Of a stretch of DNA of 64,000 nt, positions 1 through 9,252 are shown piece after piece; the stretch's first letter is position 1, and every line of letters begins with the position of its first letter. The notes beneath the pieces were generated by a model. That model saw nothing but the letters and a program-made list of their open reading frames with translations. It was not told the origin of the DNA and made no database searches. The stretch is from an uncultured virus (IMG/VR IMGVR_UViG_3300050821_012144) (Duplodnaviria; Heunggongvirae; Uroviricota; Caudoviricetes). The position numbers were made by a program, and so were the translations under genes. The DNA lies in the IMG/VR virus record IMGVR_UViG_3300050821_012144. One strand, given 5' to 3'.

Positions 1-335
1 GGGGAAATGCGGATTCCTAGCCGCAAAACCTCCTGTCCCGAGAGCTGCTTAGCCACAAGCTGCACCTGATCTCGCGTGGTTGGGGCCACCGCAGAAAAAC
101 TCGCATCTAAGGCCGTTAGCGCTTCGCCAACGAAGCCTTGTCCCATTTGGGTAGCCTGCGCACGTGCGCGCTCTAAGATGAACCTCCACATGGGGGGCTC
201 CTGAACCAGCGCCCGACTCACGACCCTAAGCAGGCTGAGGCCCGCGTTATCCACAAACTTGCCACTAGTGTCTGCAGTCTTGGCCCGCAGTGTATGTGTG
301 TACTCGGGGCTGCCTAATCGACTGCGTCTACGCAT
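1..335 (-). CDS. Hypothetical protein running off the window edge; begins MRRRSRLG-SPE (LG tag); not in ORF track
   Basis: Translated by hand: open from ATG at 335 to position 1; TGaTATGCT extended -10 lies 7 nt upstream. Confidence 0.7.
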   Translation of the reverse strand, partial: MRRRSRLGSPEYTHTLRAKTADTSGKFVDNAGLSLLRVVSRALVQEPPMWRFILERARAQATQMGQGFVGEALTALDASFSAVAPTTRDQVQLVAKQLSGQEVLRLGIRIS

Positions 336-354
336 GGTTATTAGCATATCATAG

Positions 355-370
355 GATCGCTAGAGCGATC
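355..370. promoter_or_regulatory. 16-bp palindrome GATCGC-TAGA-GCGATC
   Basis: Exact motif, intergenic, 3 nt from the extended -10 (343-351, minus strand). Confidence 0.8.
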
Positions 371-375
371 ACTAG

Positions 376-639
376 TCACTTTCGTGTACGCGATCTAGTT
401 CGTTTATACCCTAACCCGGAATCAACAGAGCGACAAAAGGATATGCCACGTTCACGACTGACCGTTGCTTCGAAATCCTTGACCATTTCAGGTGACAGCG
501 TACGAGCCCCTGACTTATTTGCTGTGTAGCGCCACCCTGCCCGTCCTTTGGTTTCTGCTACACTCGTAACATATGCCGGACGATGGCTACCGAGGTCTAC
601 TCGCCAGCATATGAATCTGGGACCTGCAGCACGCTTCAT
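376..639 (-). CDS. Small basic protein with Arg-rich C-terminus
   Basis: Follows 646-1074 by 6 nt on the same strand; ends KRTRSRTRK. Confidence 0.55.
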   Translation of the reverse strand: MKRAAGPRFICWRVDLGSHRPAYVTSVAETKGRAGWRYTANKSGARTLSPEMVKDFEATVSRERGISFCRSVDSGLGYKRTRSRTRK

Positions 640-645
640 TGAAGA

Positions 646-1074
646 TTACTTGAAAGAGTCACGGCCAGTAAGGTACTTAATGACTGTCAACGTCGCTACA
701 ATCGCAATTGAAGCCGCTGAGATTGTCTGGAGAAATGTTTGGGTACGCTCTATTTTATTTAATCGATGCAGCTCTTCAGTGCTTGATCGATCGTGCCTGC
801 TATAGCCCCCGCCTCCGCCACATCCTCCACTACAACCTAATTGGCTGCCGTAGTACCAACCTTCACGCACTGGTGTATATTGTAAATCTACGCTTGCCTC
901 AAAATCGTTTGGCACATCTCCAAAACAACCGCCCAAGATCTGAGGTTTGATTGGTGGAACAGCAGGAAGGGTATTTCTTGGATACGGCATGTACATACCG
1001 TACGGGACTATTTCATGTTCATAGTCCGCGCCGTTGAGACTCCGTTGTGCTTCGTTTACTGTAATGCCTAGCAT
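646..1074 (-). CDS. Putative virion membrane protein, C-terminal TM helix
   Basis: Hydrophobic ISAASIAIVATLTVI near the C-terminus; MLG, CFG-D and QLG motifs. Confidence 0.65.
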   Translation of the reverse strand: MLGITVNEAQRSLNGADYEHEIVPYGMYMPYPRNTLPAVPPIKPQILGGCFGDVPNDFEASVDLQYTPVREGWYYGSQLGCSGGCGGGGGYSRHDRSSTEELHRLNKIERTQTFLQTISAASIAIVATLTVIKYLTGRDSFK

Positions 1075-1075
1075 A

Positions 1076-1570
1076 TTAGTAGCCCTTCCGACGATTAGCT
1101 ACACCAGCGACAATCGCTGCAGCAACTGTACCGACAGTCAGCCCTCCTAACAGCGATGTCCAGAACGCAATTCTGTGCAACGACTTTTGGGCAGCCCTTT
1201 GGCTGCCGGCAAGCATCCATAGTGCAGCCGTAGCGTCATCATCAGACGGCATAGCACCGTTGGAGCCGTCTGGGCCTCGTAGGGTAGCGTTATATTTGCC
1301 ATTGGCGCCTTGAGTAAGTCTTACAGTAGCTGTACCAGGTAGACCGTAAGGTCTGCCTGTCATCCAAGCATCGCCTTCATGGATCAAACCTAATCCTGAT
1401 CCCTTTAGATTGGACGGTGTTGCATAAGGATCATAGTGCGTACCTAAGTGCTTACCCAAAATATTGGGAGGTCCGCCACCTGGCCCGGGAATATTGATAG
1501 TCATAGTACCAGGCGCGACACCGACTTTTTCTGCGAACCGGACAGCCGGTGTGCGAGTGGCTTGCAACAT
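1076..1570 (-). CDS. Putative virion membrane protein, C-terminal TM plus RRKGY
   Basis: TM helix then basic tail; TGaTATGCT 6 nt before ATG. Confidence 0.7.
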   Translation of the reverse strand: MLQATRTPAVRFAEKVGVAPGTMTINIPGPGGGPPNILGKHLGTHYDPYATPSNLKGSGLGLIHEGDAWMTGRPYGLPGTATVRLTQGANGKYNATLRGPDGSNGAMPSDDDATAALWMLAGSQRAAQKSLHRIAFWTSLLGGLTVGTVAAAIVAGVANRRKGY

Positions 1571-1611
1571 GTCACTAGCATATCATGCTAGTGAGGCGAT
1601 AAGACACTCAA

Positions 1612-2493
1612 TTAATAACTGCGGCGACGCCCAAATGCAGCTGTAGGCTTCTTACGCATCAAGAAATAGCCGCCGATGACAACCACACCTGCTGCAGCAA
1701 TCAGGATCGTTTTGTTTTGATACCACGGAACCGTAGTTACTACAGGAGTAGCGATTGCGGGCGGGTAATAAGGCAGTTGTGGAGCATACGTTGGAGGGTT
1801 ATATGCTGAAGGATTATATGTTGGCGGAGCGATGATTGTATTGGTTGAGTATGGAGGTGGAGATGGTGAAGACGGTGGAGTAGGTGCAATTATGGTGTTA
1901 GTGGAATAGGCTGCACCGCTTGAGTCTGTAGCACTCGAACCGTCATCGGTAGTAGAACCATCGCTTGTTGAACCATCACTTGTTGAACCATCACTGGATC
2001 CATCACTGCTTGTAGTTGTGGTTGAGCCGTTGCTTGTATTAATCGGTGCAGGCGGAGACGTAACAGGTCCAGTAGACGGCCCCGATTGAACTGGTATGCT
2101 GACAATGGGTGTCCATGTCGCTGGCGCTGGCGCGGGTGAGGACGGTGGACCGTATTGTGTGGTATAGCCACTGGGTGCTGGCACCGGGTTGTATTGTGCA
2201 GTATACCCAGATGACGGTGCTGGATTGTATTGTGCGGTATAACCTGCAGAATTAGTACGTGCGATCAACGATCCACTTGCAGGCGTGGTGCTGAAACTTG
2301 TCGATCCAGGCAATAATGTAGCGCCAAAGTTGGCGCCGAAGTTGGAGAGATTAGACCACATTGGCTGAATGAACGCAGGCGTCACATTTACTGGCGTTCG
2401 AGATAGTGGACTAGGGCTGTATGGATTTTGAATGGCTACAGGCGAAGTAGAAACCGCCGGTATAGTTCCACCTGCACGTGTAGCGAAAATCAT
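1612..2493 (-). CDS. Ser/Thr/Pro-rich C-tail-anchored membrane protein
   Basis: Low-complexity body with GYTAQY repeats; VPWYQN-TM-RKKPTAAFG-RRRSY; NFG-ANFG near the N-terminus. Confidence 0.75.
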   Translation of the reverse strand: MIFATRAGGTIPAVSTSPVAIQNPYSPSPLSRTPVNVTPAFIQPMWSNLSNFGANFGATLLPGSTSFSTTPASGSLIARTNSAGYTAQYNPAPSSGYTAQYNPVPAPSGYTTQYGPPSSPAPAPATWTPIVSIPVQSGPSTGPVTSPPAPINTSNGSTTTTSSDGSSDGSTSDGSTSDGSTTDDGSSATDSSGAAYSTNTIIAPTPPSSPSPPPYSTNTIIAPPTYNPSAYNPPTYAPQLPYYPPAIATPVVTTVPWYQNKTILIAAAGVVVIGGYFLMRKKPTAAFGRRRSY

Positions 2494-2535
2494 AGCTTAT
2501 TGTATCAGTACTTGAATGCTACTGCAATAACGGGC

Positions 2536-2886
2536 TTATTTCTTCATGAGTAGATACGCTGCACCTATTCCAACAACGGCAATGCCAATCAGATAGGTCG
2601 TGTTCTGATACCAAGGAACTGTTACCGGCAACAATGGTGGTGTATATAATGGTGCTGGCGGATATAACGATGGTGCAGGGAAAGGTGACGACGGGAATGT
2701 TGCCGGTAATGGTGCTGGTGGATACACGGGCGGTGGTAGCACTGGCGGTGTATAGGGCGATGGAATAACAGTCTGATTGGTACTACCAGGTGGTGTGGTT
2801 TGTACCGATATACCGGTGTTAGCGCCGTATGTATAGCCGGTACTAGTATTGTACTGCGCCGTGTCGTTAGTCGGTATATACATCAT
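2536..2886 (-). CDS. Pro-rich C-tail-anchored membrane protein, paralog of 1612-2493
   Basis: Shared TVPWYQN-TM-MKK end. Confidence 0.75.
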   Translation of the reverse strand: MMYIPTNDTAQYNTSTGYTYGANTGISVQTTPPGSTNQTVIPSPYTPPVLPPPVYPPAPLPATFPSSPFPAPSLYPPAPLYTPPLLPVTVPWYQNTTYLIGIAVVGIGAAYLLMKK

Positions 2887-2914
2887 GATTGAACTATCTT
2901 AACATCGTCACGGT

Positions 2915-4285
2915 CTACTTACGTTGTCTATTTTTTCGTATGATGACAATCACAGCGGCACCAAAAACACCGAGACCAAGCAAGACAAGGGAGTTGATGG
3001 AAGTTGCCGCTACGGGTGTAGTTGGAGGGGGAAACGGTAAAGACGGATATGGTAAAGGTGAAGGTAAATATGGCGGCGGTTGTGTTGTGGCGTCATATAC
3101 CTGTGCACCTGTTTGAAATATTTGACTATTAATCGGTAAAGTTGTGGGTTGCGCAGCCTTTGGAACTAGCAAAACATCAGCTAAACAAGTTAGCGCCAAT
3201 ACAACACCGGCTATCTGTGCTCCAGGAATTAACGCCATGATTGGTCCAGCGCCGCATGCAAGTTTGGCTATAAAGTCAAAAGCGCCTAAAAGAGAGTCTC
3301 CAACACGTTGCCACCATGTGGGGTCTTCATGGTTTAATTGAAGGTATATTAAGGAGCCGTCAGTGCTAACGGCAGCCTTAGCGTCCCACCAACTATTGGT
3401 AGTGCTACCGCCTACTTGTACACCTGTATCAGTTAGCAATCCCATAATCTTTCCAATATAACCGTTGCCACAGTCGCACGGCATAATGGTGTTGACCGAA
3501 ATATACCCACCGCCAATGGATACCCCGCCAGCGGCAGCTTGCTCGGAGATAGGAAAACCGCCACGAGCAAGCCAGGCATTATAGCCGCCACTATTCGTCA
3601 ACTCGGCTGCGGTCGGCTGAATAGGTAGATTATGAAATCCAGGGCGATTATACTGGAAGTCAGGTACTAATTTCTGAGCGTCTTGAATAGACAGTTGAGT
3701 AATAATCGAGTTGACGGTCTGTCGACCTATTGTACTAGCAACACCCGTTGACACTGAACCTGCGCTAGACATTGCTGTAGCCGCATTGGTTATAGCGTCA
3801 TTGATACTCTTCGCTGATGTTTGAATAATAGCGTATTCAATAAATATTCGTTGATCGTCTGATGGTGTAAAATTACGTGCAAATTCTCCGTTGTTGATAA
3901 CCTCACCGACAAAGAATGGGACATTGTAAAAGGTAAATATGCCTGGAATAGCCGTGGCATCCAAAAGATATCCGCCTGAACCGCACGCATTGGAAGGGAT
4001 ATTTGGAGAAGTACAGCTAGGAAGACTGCCAGGTGTTATTTTAACTGGACACGCCATCGTAGCCATACCTGCGGATGTACCGCAGACTGCAGCGCCTGGG
4101 GCCATTGTGAGATTAACTGCAAGAGTAGGTGCTAGATTTGAACCCGTCCATGGCACAAGCGGGCCGTCAAGCACCTTCCACGGAAACATGAACGCGTCTA
4201 GATTAGACAGCGTCCAGTAAATCGTGGCGTTAGTCGAAACCGAAGCATTATATACAGCTGTAGTGGGTGCATTCGGTCTATACAT
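2915..4285 (-). CDS. Cys-containing membrane protein with C-terminal TM segments
   Basis: 456 aa; internal hydrophobic hairpin, Pro linker, TM plus RKNRQRK; TGaTACGGT 6 nt before ATG. Confidence 0.75.
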   Translation of the reverse strand: MYRPNAPTTAVYNASVSTNATIYWTLSNLDAFMFPWKVLDGPLVPWTGSNLAPTLAVNLTMAPGAAVCGTSAGMATMACPVKITPGSLPSCTSPNIPSNACGSGGYLLDATAIPGIFTFYNVPFFVGEVINNGEFARNFTPSDDQRIFIEYAIIQTSAKSINDAITNAATAMSSAGSVSTGVASTIGRQTVNSIITQLSIQDAQKLVPDFQYNRPGFHNLPIQPTAAELTNSGGYNAWLARGGFPISEQAAAGGVSIGGGYISVNTIMPCDCGNGYIGKIMGLLTDTGVQVGGSTTNSWWDAKAAVSTDGSLIYLQLNHEDPTWWQRVGDSLLGAFDFIAKLACGAGPIMALIPGAQIAGVVLALTCLADVLLVPKAAQPTTLPINSQIFQTGAQVYDATTQPPPYLPSPLPYPSLPFPPPTTPVAATSINSLVLLGLGVFGAAVIVIIRKNRQRK

Positions 4286-4320
4286 AACACTACCGTATCA
4301 CGCCCGTAGGCGAGTTAGCT

Positions 4321-4959
4321 TTAGCTTTTCTTAGTAGCTAGATAGATAGCGCCACCAACTAGCAAACCGCCAAACAATAAATAAGTCGGGTTCGAATACC
4401 ACGCTGCCGCTACCGGTGCAATATAGCCCGGAGTGCCTGGTAGTGCTCCTGGGAGTGCTCCTGGAATCGCGCCTGGGGCTGCTGCACACTGGCCGGTGAC
4501 AGGATTTACTGTCAGGCCGACAGCACACGCTCGGTTACCGATAGGGCTGATTGGTTGGTTTACCGCGCCTGGATAACCTGCAGGAGGAACAGCTTGAGAC
4601 GCTGCATAGGCATTGATGCCTGCCGTAATTGCGCTATAGGCATTAGCAGTACCTGCACCTGGAGGCGGCGGATAACCGCCACCTGCGCCATAACTCGGTG
4701 GATAGTAGTTTGAATAGCTAGATGGAGGATAGGTGCCGCTAGAATAAGAGCTGCTGCCTGCAGAACTGGTCGTTGGATCAGGCGGCATACTGTTGATTGC
4801 CGACATTGTAGCGTAGTAGTCATTTACTTCGCCAATGCAGGTTGCATCACCGTTACAAGCCGCAATCTCTGATGTCTGATCGCCGAAGGAGCCGAGCATG
4901 GTCGGCATACGTCGTGGCCCACCCAGTAACGAGGGCGAGATCATGTGTGCTTGTAGCAT
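4321..4959 (-). CDS. Pro/Gly/Ala-rich C-tail-anchored membrane protein
   Basis: MLG-SFG-DQ leader; AWYSNP-TM-KKS end. Confidence 0.75.
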   Translation of the reverse strand: MLQAHMISPSLLGGPRRMPTMLGSFGDQTSEIAACNGDATCIGEVNDYYATMSAINSMPPDPTTSSAGSSSYSSGTYPPSSYSNYYPPSYGAGGGYPPPPGAGTANAYSAITAGINAYAASQAVPPAGYPGAVNQPISPIGNRACAVGLTVNPVTGQCAAAPGAIPGALPGALPGTPGYIAPVAAAWYSNPTYLLFGGLLVGGAIYLATKKS

Positions 4960-4998
4960 TGGTGTTTTGCCTTGTTTCTTGGTGGGGTTTGATCTGTT

Positions 4999-5014
4999 GA
5001 TCGCTGCTGCGATC
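4999..5014. promoter_or_regulatory. 16-bp palindrome GATCGC-TGCT-GCGATC
   Basis: Exact motif between divergent genes. Confidence 0.75.
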
Positions 5015-5085
5015 TAGGTCCTATATCAAGAGTGTACTGAAGTTTTAGGGTTATGTCTAGGTATAGTCGTGATACGCTATTATTT

Positions 5086-5868
5086 ATGAGCGGCGATATG
5101 ATTCTGTTCGGTGACTCGTTTAATGGCTGGTCGCAGGATAGGAAATGGGCTGTTGGTCTTGCTACAGTAGGTGGAATCCTGCTTGCTGCGGGTGCCTTGA
5201 CGTACGTTATGGCGAAAAGACAGGAACAGCAGAACGGTTTTGGCCGAGGCAAGTTGCCTAAGTCAACGTCAAGGACGCGCATTGGTGGAATGACACTGAC
5301 ACACCATTATGACCCGGACATGCCGGTAGAGAAGCGAGTAGCATTACTCCAAGGCTTAGTTTGGAAGGGCGTGCAGAACCCTCAAATGCGCCATCTAGCT
5401 TTGGCTATTACAGGCAAGGGTACACGAAAGGTCAAAGTTGGCAGTCAGACTTTTGTAGTAGAAGGTGCAAACTGCCCTGCTCGTGATGGCCTTTGTGAAA
5501 CTCAAGCTATCTATGATTGGGTTAGAGAAAATATTCGTTACTCCGGGGACGTGGCACCGATAAAACTTCCTAACGGAAATGTTGAAGGTGTAGATTTATT
5601 TCAAAGCGCGAAGCGTTCGAGTGAATTCGGCGCAGGCGACTGTGATGACCATTCTGTATTAAGTGCAACCTTGTTATCGTTAAACGGTATCCAAGGACGG
5701 TTCAGGGTAACTGCACCAGATAAAAACAGCGATTGGCAACATATATACACGACAGCTTTACTACCGAAAAATAATCCATCGCGTGCAGTAGCCCTAGATA
5801 CTACACTACCAGGCAATTTCTTTTCGCGAGAGGCGCCGTTCGCCAAAAAACTTGACTTTGATGTTTAG
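5086..5868 (+). CDS. Membrane-anchored transglutaminase-like cysteine protease; candidate virion maturation protease
   Basis: IYDWVRENIRY, GDCDD (Cys), WQHIY (His), ALDTT (Asp); N-terminal TM; start moved to ATG 5086, 7 nt after TGaTACGCT. Confidence 0.8.
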   Translation: MSGDMILFGDSFNGWSQDRKWAVGLATVGGILLAAGALTYVMAKRQEQQNGFGRGKLPKSTSRTRIGGMTLTHHYDPDMPVEKRVALLQGLVWKGVQNPQMRHLALAITGKGTRKVKVGSQTFVVEGANCPARDGLCETQAIYDWVRENIRYSGDVAPIKLPNGNVEGVDLFQSAKRSSEFGAGDCDDHSVLSATLLSLNGIQGRFRVTAPDKNSDWQHIYTTALLPKNNPSRAVALDTTLPGNFFSREAPFAKKLDFDV

Positions 5869-5957
5869 TTAAATAATGTTACGGGAGAAATGAAACCAAA
5901 AGGACGTAGGATCACCGACGATAAATTTCCAATGATTGAAAATGTGATCTATCGGCT

Positions 5958-6332
5958 TTGTACATCAACCGGGCCGATGAAGCAATTAAGGTTGCCTGGA
6001 CTGTGATCAGATTGAAGAAAACCGATCGCGGTTACTTGGTCTACTACAATCCTAAAGACCAGACTCACCCTGTTCGTGTTTGGGAGGAAGATGTAGAGGC
6101 GATAGGCGAGGTCTGTAAACTGTTCGGTAAGTGCAAGCCTTTAGCGTCAGGCGATTACAGTCACGAGAATCTGCATCGTGCATTGATTGCATTGACTGGT
6201 GTCAAAGAAAAATTGGATCATGGCCCTCGATATGAAGACGAAGATGAAGACGCCCAAGACGATTATGTCGATCTGTTGACTGCAATCGACGACTTAACGG
6301 GTATCATTAGACGAATAGAAGAGATAGAATAA
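5958..6332 (+). CDS. Hypothetical protein with acidic C-terminus; start uncertain
   Basis: 124 aa ORF with TTG start; may be joined to the ATG at 5890 by a frameshift. Confidence 0.5.
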   Translation: MYINRADEAIKVAWTVIRLKKTDRGYLVYYNPKDQTHPVRVWEEDVEAIGEVCKLFGKCKPLASGDYSHENLHRALIALTGVKEKLDHGPRYEDEDEDAQDDYVDLLTAIDDLTGIIRRIEEIE

Positions 6333-6336
6333 GCCT

Positions 6337-6603
6337 ATGTCATGTCATCCAGTGATAGGAACAACATTAGGTGCAGCCCTTGGTTTCTACATTGGTGGCA
6401 TAATAGCCTCTGAAGCGTTGATAAAGTCCAGTTCTGGAATCACAGGCTTTATAGCCAACAAAGTGTTCTCGCAGTCTGATGTCTTTAAGCCGTCGACAGC
6501 GATGGTTGCTTTAACACTTCCACCTGCGAGTTGGGTGCGTCCTACTGTTGCGATTCTGATCGTGGCTGGTGCTTTGACTGGACATCATCTGACACGTTGC
6601 TGA
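6337..6603 (+). CDS. Small two-TM Gly-zipper membrane protein
   Basis: IGTTLGAALGFYIGG and a second hydrophobic helix; Cys near both termini. Confidence 0.6.
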   Translation: MSCHPVIGTTLGAALGFYIGGIIASEALIKSSSGITGFIANKVFSQSDVFKPSTAMVALTLPPASWVRPTVAILIVAGALTGHHLTRC

Positions 6604-6648
6604 TAAAAAAGCCCCACAATCAATCAGACTAGTTATATACTAGTCTGC

Positions 6649-6981
6649 ATGAGATATCGCAGATCGCTTGGACGCTTTTCTGATGCCGGTGATAACAAGG
6701 GTCGTAATAAAGGCGCTCTCATCGGCGCAGCAGCGGGCCTTGGCGTCGGGTATCTAACAGGGTCGTTGAGCCTGGGAGTGATGCAGACGTGGCTATATGG
6801 CCACGGCTTCCCATCAACAACTACGTTTGCATGGCAATGGCCGTGGGCATCTACAACGACGCCGGTTGCTATTGGTCAGCCAATTCCTATCGGCATCAAC
6901 TGGGGAACTTTCTTGTTGATGGGCATTGGTGCTGGCGTTGGTGCGTGGGCGGGTTCTGTGAAGGACAAGTGTAAGGTTTAA
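6649..6981 (+). CDS. Small two-TM Gly-zipper membrane protein with MRYRRSLG leader
   Basis: GALIGAAAGLGVG and MGIGAGVGAWAG helices; TATACT 7 nt before ATG. Confidence 0.7.
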   Translation: MRYRRSLGRFSDAGDNKGRNKGALIGAAAGLGVGYLTGSLSLGVMQTWLYGHGFPSTTTFAWQWPWASTTTPVAIGQPIPIGINWGTFLLMGIGAGVGAWAGSVKDKCKV

Positions 6982-6983
6982 TT

Positions 6984-7181
6984 ATGAATTCTCTTAAAGA
7001 TGAGATGAGAGAGCTTGTATCACGAGTACGTAAGCTCAACAGTCTAGTAGAAGAAGACACTCATTCGTCCTTGCAACGTGCATTGCGACAAGCGAAAGAG
7101 ATAGCCGAGATAGCGTCATTGTTATCATCTATGCTGACGACTGAACTCCGCGACTGGCGCGCGATGCAGTGGGATGATTAA
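6984..7181 (+). CDS. Small coiled-coil protein
   Basis: Heptad-like charged helix; operon position. Confidence 0.5.
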   Translation: MNSLKDEMRELVSRVRKLNSLVEEDTHSSLQRALRQAKEIAEIASLLSSMLTTELRDWRAMQWDD

Positions 7182-7184
7182 GGT

Positions 7185-7632
7185 ATGAACAAGCGATCTC
7201 TCTCCTCTGTAGACGATCAAGAGAGTAACTACCATTGCTCTACTTGGAGTCGTACTTGGCGAGGCATTGGAGGTTTTCTTCTCTTTGGTCTCATAGGTAG
7301 GTGACGGGATAAACGCTGCCATAGGTAATCCCTCTGTAGGAGAGTCTATTTTAACGTCAGTTACTGACACTTCTGCAACACCGTCAGTACAAAGCGGCGT
7401 AAATTTAGCGCCAATTGCTGGCCTTCTAGGGGCAGGCTTTGGGGTATGGCTGTTTACACGTAAACCAACGTGTAATGTTATGCCTAGCTATTACAAAGTA
7501 CCGAAGAAACGAAAAGATAAATCGTCAGATTCGGAACCAGCCCGAGGCGAAGTAGATAAAGTGCCAGTAAGTAATCAGTTATTGCTCACTGAAAAATCTA
7601 GCGTTAGCGGTCGTAGGCGACGGCGTCGTTAA
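7185..7632 (+). pseudogene. Two-TM membrane protein gene frameshifted by a 4-bp duplication (AGGT-AGGT, 7295-7302)
   Basis: Removing one AGGT joins GIGGFLLFGLIG to DGINAAIG...IAGLLGAGFGVWLF...VSGRRRRR-stop. Confidence 0.65.
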
Positions 7633-7905
7633 TCAGGGCTTCTTTCCGTACTTGCCACGAAAGTGTTCGAGCACGTCTTTAGGTAGAAAACGAATCCGCT
7701 TCCCTACCGTGAAGTGCGGAATGTCGGTTAGGTTACGTCTAATCGTAGCCGGACTGACACGCAAGAAATTAGCGATCTCCTTTGGAGACATTGGACGATC
7801 GACAGTAACAGGTGGAGTAGCGACCGGCGGCACAGCAATTGGCTTAATTGCCGAAACAGCCGCTTCACCAAGGCCAGTTTTCTTAGGAGGAACCCGAGGA
7901 GGCAT
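7633..7905 (-). CDS. Excisionase-like (MerR-type) helix-turn-helix DNA-binding protein
   Basis: MSPKEIANFLRVSPATIRR...IPHFTVGKRIRF pattern. Confidence 0.75.
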   Translation of the reverse strand: MPPRVPPKKTGLGEAAVSAIKPIAVPPVATPPVTVDRPMSPKEIANFLRVSPATIRRNLTDIPHFTVGKRIRFLPKDVLEHFRGKYGKKP

Positions 7906-8032
7906 TTATTACTTCCTACAATCATGCCTCGTTTTCCATCAAAGTGCAATTAATGATCTAGTCTGTCACGATTTGGTGAATTCATGATTGGTTCTAAAAA
8001 ATGTCAATAGCTTAGCTAACTATTTTTGTTGT

Positions 8033-8048
8033 GATCGCTACAGCGATC
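8033..8048. promoter_or_regulatory. 16-bp palindrome GATCGC-TACA-GCGATC at the head of the putative capsid operon
   Basis: Exact motif; TAGAGT follows at 8052-8057. Confidence 0.8.
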
Positions 8049-8058
8049 ATATAGAGTA

Positions 8059-8991
8059 ATGCTCATGATGTCTTCGTGGATAACCCCGGGCATACACAGC
8101 ATGATGCACTTGCCTCGCCCGGATAGCGTTATTCGCACGTCGGTTATACAGCCGATGTGGACACGTTTTATCTCCCCGGTCGACATTGCACGACACACTA
8201 TTGATCCATTCATCGCAAGCGTCCGTGGTCCAGGTCCTCAGGTAGTTCCTACGCCTGATCCAAATAGTATCGCCGCTGCTGCACAGCAGGTAGCTAGTCA
8301 TTTCACGAACGGTCAAAGCGCAACTATCAACGTTGGCAGTCAGTCTGTAACTGTCTCGATGACTACACCTGCTTCAGGTGGCCTCATCGGCGTCATCACG
8401 CAAGCAGCTCAACAGCTAGCCAGTGGTCAGGCTGTTGCTATTCAGGTTGGTCCGTACAAAGTCATTGTCCTGCCCAGCGACGATTCAACTACAGATGGCA
8501 CGTCTAGTACTACCGACGCGGCCAGTGGTGTATCGACGGACTCTAATGTCACGGCTACAACAGCTACGCCGTCGCCGAGTAGCAGCGGTTTTGGCGCTCC
8601 GATGGCCAATGAGGCTACGTTGCCAGCCATTCCAGCGCCAATTGGCACACGCCCACTTCCTTGGCCAGCGCAGGGCGTTCAGTGGCGTCAGCAGAACTAT
8701 ACGGATAATCCGATGGCATGGAGCATGATGCAGGCAGGTAACGCTGCTGCATATGCGCCGTTCGCTGTCCAGCGTGTAGCTGATCTCGATGAAACTGCGA
8801 TTCGGTGGGCTCAACAGCAGTCTGCACCTGCACTGATGTCGCGGACGATTCCTGCAACACAAGCAAACGTCAATACCAATCCATTCGTTCCGACACTTCC
8901 AGTGTCACCGCGTCAGACTCCTCAACCGTCGCAATCGAGTAGCGGGTTTGGTGCTGCTCAATTCGGTATTCGTGGGATTACACAAGTCTGA
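8059..8991 (+). CDS. Putative internal virion protein with repeated SSSGFG-A motifs (start may be 8065)
   Basis: Internal repeat (AAQQ.AS..GQ...I.VG); PSPSSSGFG-A and QSSSGFG-AAQFG-I. Confidence 0.7.
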   Translation: MLMMSSWITPGIHSMMHLPRPDSVIRTSVIQPMWTRFISPVDIARHTIDPFIASVRGPGPQVVPTPDPNSIAAAAQQVASHFTNGQSATINVGSQSVTVSMTTPASGGLIGVITQAAQQLASGQAVAIQVGPYKVIVLPSDDSTTDGTSSTTDAASGVSTDSNVTATTATPSPSSSGFGAPMANEATLPAIPAPIGTRPLPWPAQGVQWRQQNYTDNPMAWSMMQAGNAAAYAPFAVQRVADLDETAIRWAQQQSAPALMSRTIPATQANVNTNPFVPTLPVSPRQTPQPSQSSSGFGAAQFGIRGITQV

Positions 8992-9018
8992 TTACACAAG
9001 TCTAATTACACAAGTCTA
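8977..9018 (+). repeat. Three tandem 14-bp units ATTACACAAGTCTR spanning a stop codon
   Basis: Units start at 8977, 8991 and 9005. Confidence 0.9.
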
Positions 9019-9025
9019 ATAAAAA

Positions 9026-9184
9026 ATGCCTAGCGTAATAACAATAGACGGTCCAGCACGGCTCCCTAAAGGGACCAAGCGGCCAGCTATCGGTACGTGC
9101 AAGCGGACCAAGAAAGGCCGTCTGCTTTGCTACGTAGGTAAGAGCAAAAAAGCACCAACTGGCTGGTCCTTCAAAAAAGGTTAG
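9026..9184 (+). CDS. 52-aa Lys-rich protein in the capsid operon; not in ORF track
   Basis: MPSVITIDGPARLPKGTKRPAIGTCKRTKKGRLLCYVGKSKKAPTGWSFKKG; fills the gap on the operon strand. Confidence 0.6.
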   Translation: MPSVITIDGPARLPKGTKRPAIGTCKRTKKGRLLCYVGKSKKAPTGWSFKKG

Positions 9185-9252
9185 ATCAACATTTTTCTTA
9201 ACGCCGAATAAGGCGGTCACTCACAATCACAATGATCAAAGGAAAGAAACAA

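Noticed and set aside
355..370. Palindrome as a terminator or simple Dam/GATC site
   Set aside because: No U-tract, the arm sequence is conserved rather than only the pairing, and copies sit mostly upstream of promoters
8977..9018. Short repeats as a CRISPR array
   Set aside because: 14-bp units are directly adjacent with no spacers; no cas genes seen anywhere in the window
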